DNA of 64,000 nt from assembly GCA_964057225.1 (NCBI GenBank), contig OZ059896.1, positions 20,398,001 through 20,462,000 of the forward strand, written 5' to 3'. The translations under genes were made by a program, and so were the position numbers. The stretch comes from Auanema rhodensis (taxonomy: Eukaryota > Animalia > Nematoda). Each line of letters starts with the position of its first letter. Within the stretch, counting starts at the first letter, position 1. Below, one piece after another: positions 1-11,199 of this stretch. The notes beneath the pieces were generated by a model that made no database searches, was not told the origin of the DNA, and saw only the letters and a list, made by a program, of their open reading frames with translations.

Positions 1-91
1 AAGTAGATGTTTTTAGATTCCTTTATTCAAGGCAAAGACGATGGACAATGTTATTCAACGAAAAAATTAATTCTTCAGGGTGAAAATCGAG

Positions 92-113
92 GATATAAGT
101 GTGAACTTATATC
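92..113. other. Inverted repeat 1 (per monomer): 9-bp perfect stem, 4-nt GTGA loop
   Basis: GATATAAGT-GTGA-ACTTATATC; the arms are exact reverse complements. Confidence 0.95.
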
Positions 114-123
114 AGTTGATATC

Positions 124-190
124 TCGGTGCATTTTTAAGCTAGCGCAAATCTGATAACACAGATCGACGCAGCTTAAAAATCCGCATCGA
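124..190. other. Inverted repeat 2 (per monomer): ~67-nt long imperfect hairpin with 11-bp perfect core
   Basis: ATTTTTAAGCT (131-141) / AGCTTAAAAAT (171-181). Inner pairs GCG/CGC and ATCTG (149-153)/CAGAT (160-164). Outer TCGGTGC/GCATCGA with one G-T pair and a CC bulge. Confidence 0.9.
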
Positions 191-264
191 ATGCACTATA
201 CTACATTGAGAAACGCTTGATACAAAAATTAGTTATGATCGTTTGAAAAATGATGCATTAGTGT

Positions 265-292
265 ATGTTGAGTTTCCATGTACACTCAACAT
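265..292. other. Inverted repeat 3 (per monomer): 9-bp perfect stem, 10-nt loop
   Basis: ATGTTGAGT-TTCCATGTAC-ACTCAACAT. Confidence 0.93.
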
Positions 293-305
293 TGCTTCCA
301 AAAAC

Positions 306-340
306 ATTTTGACAAAAATTTTTTCGAAAAATTTCAAAAT
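306..340. other. A/T-tract quasi-palindrome centred on TTCGAA (per monomer)
   Basis: TTTTTCGAAAAA (320-331) is a perfect 12-bp palindrome, flanked by ATTTTGA (306-312) / TCAAAAT (334-340). Confidence 0.88.
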
Positions 341-3300
341 AATTTAGCAAAAAGTAGATGTTTTTAGATTCCTTTTTTCAAGGCAAAGACGATGGACAAT
401 GTTATTCAACGAAAAAATTATTCCTTCAGGGTGAAAATCGAGGATATAAGTGTGAACTTATATCAGTTGATATCTCGGTGCATTTTTAAGCTAGCGCAAA
501 TCTGATAACAGAGATCGACGCAGCTTAAAAATCCGCATCGAATGCACTATACTACATTGAGAAACGCTTAATACAAAAATTAGTTATGATCGTTTGAAAA
601 ATGATGCATTAGTGTATGTTGAGTTTCCATGTACACTCAACATTGCTTCCAAAAACATTTTGACAAAAATTTTTTCGAAAAATTTCAAAATAATTTAGCA
701 AAAAGTAGATGTTTTTAGATTCCAGTTTTCAAGGCAAAGACGATGGACAATGTTATTCAACGAAAAAATTAATTCTTCAGGGTGAAAATCGAGGATATAA
801 GTGTGAACTTATATCAGTTGATATCTCGGTGCATTTTTAAGCTAGCGCAAATCTGATAACACAGATCGACGCAGCTTAAAAATCCGCATCGAATGCACTA
901 TACTACATTGAGAAACGCTTGATACAAAAATTAGTTATGATCGTTTGAAAAATGATGCATTAGTGTATGTTGAGTTTCCATGTACACTCAACATTGCTTC
1001 CAAAAACATTTTGACAAAAATTTTTTCGAAAAATTTCAAAATAATTTAGCAAAAAGTAGATGTTTTTAGATTCCTTTATTCAAGGCAAAGACGATGGACA
1101 ATGTTATTCAACGAAAAAATTAATTCTTCAGGGTGAAAATCGAGGATATAAGTGTGAACTTATATCAGTTGATATCTCGGTGCATTTTTAAGCTAGCGCA
1201 AATCTGATAACACAGATCGACGCAGCTTAAAAATCCGCATCGAATGCACTATACTACATTGAGAAACGCTTGATACAAAAATTAGTTATGATCGTTTGAA
1301 AAATGATGCATTAGTGTATGTTGAGTTTCCATGTACACTCAACATTGCTTCCAAAAACATTTTGACAAAAATTTTTTCGAAAAATTTCGAAATAATTTAG
1401 CAAAAAGTAGATGTTTTTAGATTCCTTTATTCAAGGCAAAGACGATGGACAATGTTATTCAACGAAAAAATTAATTCTTTAGGGTGAAAATCGAGGATAT
1501 AAGTGTGAACTTATATCAGTTGATATCTTGGTGCATTTTTAAGCTAGCGCAAATCTGATAACACAGATCGACGCAGCTTAAAAATCCGCATCGAATGCAC
1601 TATACTACATTGAAAAACGCTTAATACAAAAATTAGTTATGATCGTTTGAAAAATGATGCATTAGTGTATGTTGAGTTTCCATGTACACTCAACATTGCT
1701 TCCAAAAACATTTTGACAAAAATTTTTTCGAAAAATTTCAAAATAATTTAGCAAAAAGTAGATGTTTTTAGATTCCTTTATTCAAGGCAAAGACGATGGA
1801 CAATGTTATTCAACGAAAAAATTAATTCTTCAGGGTGAAAATCGAGGATATAAGTGTGAACTTATATCAGTTGATATCTCGGTGCATTTTTAAGCTAGCG
1901 CAAATCTGATAACACAGATCGACGCAGCTTAAAAATCCGCATCGAATGCACTATACTACATTGAGAAACGCTTGATACAAAAATTAGTTATGATCGTTTG
2001 AAAAATGATGCATTAGTGTATGTTGAGTTTCCATGTACACTCAACATTGCTTCCAAAAACATTTTGACAAAAATTTTTTCGAAAAATTTCAAAATAATTT
2101 AGCAAAAAGTAGATGTTTTTAGATTCCTTTTTTCAAGGCAAAGACGATGGACAATGTTATTCAACGAAAAAATTATTCCTTCAGGGTGAAAATCGAGGAT
2201 ATAAGTGTGAACTTATATCAGTTGATATCTCGGTGCATTTTTAAGCTAGCGCAAATCTGATAACAGAGATCGACGCAGCTTAAAAATCCGCATCGAATGC
2301 ACTATACTACATTGAGAAACGCTTAATACAAAAATTAGTTATGATCGTTTGAAAAATGATGCATTAGTGTATGTTGAGTTTCCATGTACACTCAACATTG
2401 CTTCCAAAAACATTTTGACAAAAATTTTTTCGAAAAATTTCAAAATAATTTAGCAAAAAGTAGATGTTTTTAGATTCCATTTTTCAAGGCAAAGACGATG
2501 GACAATGTTATTCAACGAAAAAATTAATTCTTCAGGGTGAAAATCGAGGATATAAGTGTGAACTTATATCAGTTGATATCTCGGTGCATTTTTAAGCTAG
2601 CGCAAATCTGATAACACAGATCGACGCAGCTTAAAAATCCGCATCGAATGCACTATACTACATTGAGAAACGCTTAATACAAAAATTAGTTATGATCGTT
2701 TGAAAAATGATGCATTAGTGTATGTTGAGTTTCCATGTACACTCAACATTGCTTCCAAAAACATTTTGACAAAAATTTTTTCGAAAAATTTCGAAATAAT
2801 TTAGCAAAAAGTAGATGTTTTTAGATTCCTTTTTGCAAGGCAAAGACGATGGACAATGTTATTCAACGGAAAAAGTATTTCTTCAGGGTGAAAATCGAGG
2901 ATATAAGTGTGAACTTATATCAGTTGATATCTCGGTGCATTTTTAAGCTAGCGCAAATCTGATAACACAGATCGACGCAGCTTAAAAATCCGCATCGAAT
3001 GCACTATACTACATTGAGAAACGCTTAATACAAAAATTAGTTATGATCGTTTGAAAAATGATGCATTAGTGTATGTTGAGTTTCCATGTACACTCAACAT
3101 TGCTTCCAAAAACATTTTGACAAAAATTTTTTCGAAAAATTTCAAAATAATTTAGCAAAAAGTAGATGTTTTTAGATTCCAGTTTTTAAGGCAAAGACGA
3201 TGGACAATGTTATTCAACGAAAAAATTAATTCTTCAGGGTGAAAATCGAGGATATATGTGTGAACTTATATCAGTTGATATCTCGGTGCATTTTTAAGCT

Positions 3301-5265
3301 AGCGCAAATCTGATAACACAGATCGACGCAGCTTAAAAATCCGCATCGAATGCACTATACTACATTGAGAAACGCTTAATACAAAAATTAGTTATGATCG
3401 TTTGAAAAATGATGCATTAGTGTATGTTGAGTTTCCATGTACACTCAACATTGCTTCCAAAAACATTTTGACAAAAATTTTTTCGAAAAATTTCGAAATA
3501 ATTTAGCAAAAAGTAGATGTTTTTAGATTCCTTTTTTCAAGGCAAAGACGATGGACAATGTTATTCAACGGAAAAAGTATTTCTTCAGGGTGAAAATCGA
3601 GGATATAAGTGTGAACTTATATCAGTTGATATCTCGGTGCATTTTTAAGCTAGCGCAAATCTGATAACACAGATCGACGCAGCTTAAAAATCCGCATCGA
3701 ATGCACTATACTACATTGAGAAACGCTTAATACAGAAATTAGTTATGATCGTTTGAAAAATGATGCATTAGTGTATGTTGAGTTTCCATGTACACTCAAC
3801 ATTGCTTCCAAAAACATTTTGACAAAAATTTTTTCGAAAAATTTCAAAATAATTTAGCAAAAAGTAGATGTTTTTAGATTCCAGTTTTCAAGGCAAAGAC
3901 GATGGACAATGTTATTCAACGAAAAAATTAATTCTTCAGGGTGAAAATCGAGGATATATGTGTGAACTTATATCAGTTGATATCTCGGTGCATTTTTAAG
4001 CTAGCGCAAATCTGATAACACAGATCGACGCAGCTTAAAAATCCGCATCGAATGCACTATACTACATTGAGAAACGCTTAATACAAAAATTAGTTATGAT
4101 CGTTTGAAAAATGATGCATTAGTGTATGTTGAGTTTCCATGTACACTCAACATTGCTTCCAAAAACATTTTGACAAAAATTTTTTCGAAAAATTTCAAAA
4201 TAATTTAGCAAAAAGTAGATGTTTTTAGATTCCTTTTTCCAAGGCAAAGACGATGGACAATGTTATTCAACGAAAAAATTATTCCTTCAGGGTGAAAATC
4301 GAGGATATAAGTGTGAACTTATATCAGTTGATATCTCGGTGCATTTTTAAGCTAGCGCAAATCTGATAACACAGATCGACGCAGCTTAAAAATCCGCATC
4401 GAATGCACTATACTACATTGAGAAACGCTTGATACAAAAATTAGTTATGATCGTTTGAAAAATGATGCATTAGTGTATGTTGAGTTTCCATGTACACTCA
4501 ACATTGCTTCCAAAAACATTTTGACAAAAATTTTTTCGAAAAATTTCAAAATAATTTAGCAAAAAGTAGATGTTTTTAGATTCCATTTTTCAAGGCAAAG
4601 ACGATGGACAATGTTATTCAACGAAAAAATTAATTCTTCAGGGTGAAAATCGAGGATATAAGTGTGAACTTATATCAGTTGATATCTCGGTGCATTTTTA
4701 AGCTAGCGCAAATCTGATAACACAGATCGACGCAGCTTAAAAATCCGCATCGAATGCACTATACTACATTGAGAAACGCTTAATACAAAAATTAGTTATG
4801 ATCGTTTGAAAAATGATGCATTAGTGTATGTTGAGTTTCCATGTACACTCAACATTGCTTCCAAAAACATTTTGACAAAAATTTTTTCGAAAAATTTCGA
4901 AATAATTTAGCAAAAAGTAGATGTTTTTAGATTCCTTTTTGCAAGGCAAAGACGATGGACAATGTTATTCAACGGAAAAAGTATTTCTTCAGGGTGAAAA
5001 TCGAGGATATAAGTGTGAACTTATATCAGTTGATATCTCGGTGCATTTTTAAGCTAGCGCAAATCTGATAACACAGATCGACGCAGCTTAAAAATCCGCA
5101 TCGAATGCACTGTACTACATTGAGAAACGCTTAATACAAAAATTAGTTATGATCGTTTGAAAAATGATGCATTAGTGTATGTTGAGTTTCCATGTACACT
5201 CAACATTGCTTCCAAAAACATTTTGACAAAAATTTTTTCGAAAAATTTCAAAATAATTTAGCAAA

Positions 5266-8200
5266 AAGTAGATGTTTTTAGATTCCAGTTTTCAAGGCAA
5301 AGACGATGGACAATGTTATTCAACGAAAAAATTAATTCTTCAGGGTGAAAATCGAGGATATATGTGTGAACTTATATCAGTTGATATCTCGGTGCATTTT
5401 TAAGCTAGCGCAAATCTGATAACAGAGATCGACGCAGCTTAAAAATCCGCATCGAATGCACTATACTACATTGAGAAACGCTTAATACAAAAATTAGTTA
5501 TGATCGTTTGAAAAATGATGCATTAGTGTATGTTGAGTTTCCATGTACACTCAACATTGCTTCCAAAAACATTTTGACAAAAATTTTTTCGAAAAATTTC
5601 AAAATAATTTAGCAAAAAGTAGATGTTTTTAGATTCCTTTTTTCAAGGCAAAGACGATGGACAATGTTATTCAACGAAAAAATTATTCCTTCAGGGTGAA
5701 AATCGAGGATATAAGTGTGAACTTATATCAGTTGATATCTCGGTGCATTTTTAAGCTAGCGCAAATCTGATAACAGAGATCGACGCAGCTTAAAAATCCG
5801 CATCGAATGCACTATACTACATTGAGAAACGCTTAATACAAAAATTAGTTATGATCGTTTGAAAAATGATGCATTAGTGTATGTTGAGTTTCCATGTACA
5901 CTCAACATTGCTTCCAAAAACATTTTGACAAAAATTTTTTCGAAAAATTTCAAAATAATTTAGCAAAAAGTAGATGTTTTTAGATTCCTTTTTTCAAGGC
6001 AAAGACGATGGACAATGTTATTCAACGGAAAAAGTATTTCTTCAGGGTGAAAATCGAGGATATAAGTGTGAACTTATATCAGTTGATATCTCGGTGCATT
6101 TTTAAGCTAGCGCAAATCTGATAACACAGATCGACGCAGCTTAAAAATCCGCATCGAATGCACTATACTACATTGAGAAACGCTTAATACAAAAATTAGT
6201 TATGATCGGTTGAAAAATGATGCATTAGTGTATGTTGAGTTTCCATGTACACTCAACATTGCTTCCAAAAACATTTTGACAAAAATTTTTTCGAAAAATT
6301 TCAAAATAATTTAGCAAAAAGTAGATGTTTTTAGATTCCAGTTTTCAAGGCAAAGACGATGGACAATGTTATTCAACGAAAAAATTAATTCTTCAGGGTG
6401 AAAATCGAGGATATAAGTGTGAACTTATATCAGTTGATATCTCGGTGCATTTTTAAGCTAGCGCAAATCTGATAACACAGATCGACGCAGCTTAAAAATC
6501 CGCATCGAATGCACTGTACTACATTGAGAAACGCTTAATACAAAAATTAGTTATGATCGTTTGAAAAATGATGCATTAGTGTATGTTGAGTTTCCATGTA
6601 CACTCAACATTGCTTCCAAAAACATTTTGACAAAAATTTTTTCGAAAAATTTCGAAATAATTTAGCAAAAAGTAGATGTTTTTAGATTCCTTTTTTCAAG
6701 GCAAAGACGATGGACAATGTTATTCAACGGAAAAAGTATTTCTTCAGGGTGAAAATCGAGGATATAAGTGTGAACTTATATCAGTTGATATCTCGGTGCA
6801 TTTTTAAGCTAGCGCAAATCTGATAACACAGATCGACGCAGCTTAAAAATCCGCATCGAATGCACTGTACTACATTGAGAAACGCTTAATACAAAAATTA
6901 GTTATGATCGTTTGAAAAATGATGCATTAGTGTATGTTGAGTTTCCATGTACACTCAACATTGCTTCCAAAAACATTTTGACAAAAATTTTTTCGAAAAA
7001 TTTCAAAATAATTTAGCAAAAAGTAGATGTTTTTAGATTCCAGTTTTCAAGGCAAAGACGATGGACAATGTTATTCAACGAAAAAATTAATTCTTCAGGG
7101 TGAAAATCGAGGATATATGTGTGAACTTATATCAGTTGATATCTCGGTGCATTTTTAAGCTAGCGCAAATCTGATAACAGAGATCGACGCAGCTTAAAAA
7201 TCCGCATCGAATGCACTATACTACATTGAGAAACGCTTAATACAAAAATTAGTTATGATCGTTTGAAAAATGATGCATTAGTGTATGTTGAGTTTCCATG
7301 TACACTCAACATTGCTTCCAAAAACATTTTGACAAAAATTTTTTCGAAAAATTTCAAAATAATTTAGCAAAAAGTAGATGTTTTTAGATTCCTTTTTTCA
7401 AGGCAAAGACGATGGACAATGTTATTCAACGAAAAAATTATTCCTTCAGGGTGAAAATCGAGGATATAAGTGTGAACTTATATCAGTTGATATCTCGGTG
7501 CATTTTTAAGCTAGCGCAAATCTGATAACAGAGATCGACGCAGCTTAAAAATCCGCATCGAATGCACTATACTACATTGAGAAACGCTTAATACAAAAAT
7601 TAGTTATGATCGTTTGAAAAATGATGCATTAGTGTATGTTGAGTTTCCATGTACACTCAACATTGCTTCCAAAAACATTTTGACAAAAATTTTTTCGAAA
7701 AATTTCAAAATAATTTAGCAAAAAGTAGATGTTTTTAGATTCCTTTTTTCAAGGCAAAGACGATGGACAATGTTATTCAACGGAAAAAGTATTTCTTCAG
7801 GGTGAAAATCGAGGATATAAGTGTGAACTTATATCAGTTGATATCTCGGTGCATTTTTAAGCTAGCGCAAATCTGATAACACAGATCGACGCAGCTTAAA
7901 AATCCGCATCGAATGCACTATACTACATTGAGAAACGCTTAATACAAAAATTAGTTATGATCGGTTGAAAAATGATGCATTAGTGTATGTTGAGTTTCCA
8001 TGTACACTCAACATTGCTTCCAAAAACATTTTGACAAAAATTTTTTCGAAAAATTTCAAAATAATTTAGCAAAAAGTAGATGTTTTTAGATTCCAGTTTT
8101 CAAGGCAAAGACGATGGACAATGTTATTCAACGAAAAAATTAATTCTTCAGGGTGAAAATCGAGGATATAAGTGTGAACTTATATCAGTTGATATCTCGG

Positions 8201-9830
8201 TGCATTTTTAAGCTAGCGCAAATCTGATAACACAGATCGACGCAGCTTAAAAATCCGCATCGAATGCACTGTACTACATTGAGAAACGCTTAATACAAAA
8301 ATTAGTTATGATCGTTTGAAAAATGATGCATTAGTGTATGTTGAGTTTCCATGTACACTCAACATTGCTTCCAAAAACATTTTGACAAAAATTTTTTCGA
8401 AAAATTTCGAAATAATTTAGCAAAAAGTAGATGTTTTTAGATTCCTTTTTTCAAGGCAAAGACGATGGACAATGTTATTCAACGGAAAAAGTATTTCTTC
8501 AGGGTGAAAATCGAGGATATAAGTGTGAACTTATATCAGTTGATATCTCGGTGCATTTTTAAGCTAGCGCAAATCTGATAACACAGATCGACGCAGCTTA
8601 AAAATCCGCATCGAATGCACTGTACTACATTGAGAAACGCTTAATACAAAAATTAGTTATGATCGTTTGAAAAATGATGCATTAGTGTATGTTGAGTTTC
8701 CATGTACACTCAACATTGCTTCCAAAAACATTTTGACAAAAATTTTTTCGAAAAATTTCAAAATAATTTAGCAAAAAGTAGATGTTTTTAGATTCCAGTT
8801 TTCAAGGCAAAGACGATGGACAATGTTATTCAACGAAAAAATTAATTCTTCAGGGTGAAAATCGAGGATATATGTGTGAACTTATATCAGTTGATATCTC
8901 GGTGCATTTTTAAGCTAGCGCAAATCTGATAACAGAGATCGACGCAGCTTAAAAATCCGCATCGAATGCACTATACTACATTGAGAAACGCTTAATACAA
9001 AAATTAGTTATGATCGTTTGAAAAATGATGCATTAGTGTATGTTGAGTTTCCATGTACACTCAACATTGCTTCCAAAAACATTTTGACAAAAATTTTTTC
9101 GAAAAATTTCAAAATAATTTAGCAAAAAGTAGATGTTTTTAGATTCCTTTTTTCAAGGCAAAGACGATGGATAATGTTATTCAACGAAAAAATTATTCCT
9201 TCAGGGTGAAAATCGAGGATATAAGTGTGAACTTATATCAGTTGATATCTCGGTGCATTTTTAAGCTAGCGCAAATCTGATAACAGAGATCGACGCAGCT
9301 TAAAAATCCGCATCGAATGCACTATACTACATTGAGAAACGCTTAATACAAAAATTAGTTATGATCGTTTGAAAAATGATGCATTAGTGTATGTTGAGTT
9401 TCCATGTACACTCAACATTGCTTCCAAAAACATTTTGACAAAAATTTTTTCGAAAAATTTCGAAATAATTTAGCAAAAAGTAGATGTTTTTAGATTCCTT
9501 TTTTCAAGGCAAAGACGATGGACAATGTTATTCAACGGAAAAAGTATTTCTTCAGGGTGAAAATCGAGGATATAAGTGTGAACTTATATCAGTTGATATC
9601 TCGGTGCATTTTTAAGCTAGCGCAAATCTGATAACACAGATCGACGCAGCTTAAAAATCCGCATCGAATGCACTATACTACATTGAGAAACGCTTAATAC
9701 AAAAATTAGTTATGATCGGTTGAAAAATGATGCATTAGTGTATGTTGAGTTTCCATGTACACTCAACATTGCTTCCAAAAACATTTTGACAAAAATTTTT
9801 TCGAAAAATTTCAAAATAATTTAGCAAAAA
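5266..9830. repeat. Local 5-mer higher-order repeat (1755 bp, ~2.6 copies)
   Basis: GATCGGTT variant at 6209, 7964 and 9719; monomer-type order repeats every 5 units. Confidence 0.85.
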
Positions 9831-11199
9831 GTAGATGTTTTTAGATTCCAGTTTTCAAGGCAAAGACGATGGACAATGTTATTCAACGAAAAAATTAATT
9901 CTTCAGGGTGAAAATCGAGGATATATGTGTGAACTTATATCAGTTGATATCTCGGTGCATTTTTAAGCTAGCGCAAATCTGATAACACAAATCGACGCAG
10001 CTTAAAAATCCGCATCGAATGCACTATACTACATTGAGAAACGCTTAATACAAAAATTAGTTATGATCGTTTGAAAAATGATGCATTAGTGTATGTTGAG
10101 TTTCCATGTACACTCAACATTGCTTCCAAAAACATTTTGACAAAAATTTTTTCGAAAAATTTCAAAATAATTTAGCAAAAAGTAGATGTTTTTAGATTCC
10201 AGTTTTCAAGGCAAAGACGATGGACAATGTTATTCAGCGAAAAAATTAATTCTTCAGGGTGAAAATCGAGGATATATGTGTGAACTTATATCAGTTGATA
10301 TCTCGGTGCATTTTTAAGCTAGCGCAAATCTGATAACACAAATCGACGCAGCTTAAAAATCCGCATCGAATGCACTATACTACATTGAGAAACGCTTAAT
10401 ACAAAAATTAGTTATGATCGTTTGAAAAATGATGCATTAGTGTATGTTGAGTTTCCATGTACACTCAACATTGCTTCCAAAAACATTTTGACAAAAATTT
10501 TTTCGAAAAATTTCAAAATAATTTAGCAAAAAGTAGATGTTTTTAGATTCCTTTTTTCAAGGCAAAGACGATGGACAATGTTATTCAACGAAAAAATTAT
10601 TCCTTCAGGGTGAAAATCGAGGATATAAGTGTGAACTTATATCAGTTGATATCTCGGTGCATTTTTAAGCTAGCGCAAATCTGATAACAGAGATCGACGC
10701 AGCTTAAAAATCCGCATCGAATGCACTATACTACATTGAAAAACGCTTAATACAAAAATTAGTTATGATCGTTTGAAAAATGATGCATTAGTGTATGTTG
10801 AGTTTCCATGTACACTCAACATTGCTTCCAAAAACATTTTGACAAAAATTTTTTCGAAAAATTTCGAAATAATTTAGCAAAAAGTAGATGTTTTTAGATT
10901 CCTTTTTTCAAGGCAAAGACGATGGACAATGTTATTCAACGGAAAAAGTATTTCTTCAGGGTGAAAATCGAGGATATAAGTGTGAACTTATATCAGTTGA
11001 TATCTCGGTGCATTTTTAAGCTAGCGCAAATCTGATAACACAAATCGACGCAGCTTAAAAATCCGCATCGAATGCACTATACTACATTGAGAAACGCTTA
11101 ATACAAAAATTAGTTATGATCGTTTGAAAAATGATGCATTAGTGTATGTTGAGTTTCCATGTACACTCAACATTGCTTCCAAAAACATTTTGACAAAAA

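Larger units (their letters stand above)
1..351. repeat. Representative 351-bp monomer (phase arbitrary)
   Basis: 111/351 G+C by hand count, 12 CpG, many A/T tracts. Sites seen: EcoRV m118-123, NheI m139-144, NsiI m253-258, BsrGI m279-284, BstBI m323-328. Confidence 0.97.

Noticed and set aside
72-78. Hammerhead ribozyme core (minus-strand CTGAAGA; plus-strand CTGATAA at 151-157), as known in some animal satellites
   Set aside because: I could not build stem II followed by GAAA and stems I/III. The minus-strand motif is broken in the common ATTCCTTC allele, and the plus-strand motif lacks the conserved G. An Infernal scan of a dimer against Rfam hammerhead models would settle it.
92-113. Rho-independent terminator or bacterial operator
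   Set aside because: The stem is AT-rich with no U-tract, there is no gene context, and the window is not prokaryote-like.
323-340. CENP-B box
   Set aside because: TTCG is present, but the required downstream CGGG (TTCGNNNNANNCGGG) is absent.
1-351. Identity with a named satellite (e.g. Drosophila 1.688/359-bp family) or with 5S rRNA, tRNA or snRNA tandem units
   Set aside because: The length is similar, but I recognised no diagnostic sequence and saw no RNA-gene motifs. A database search is needed.
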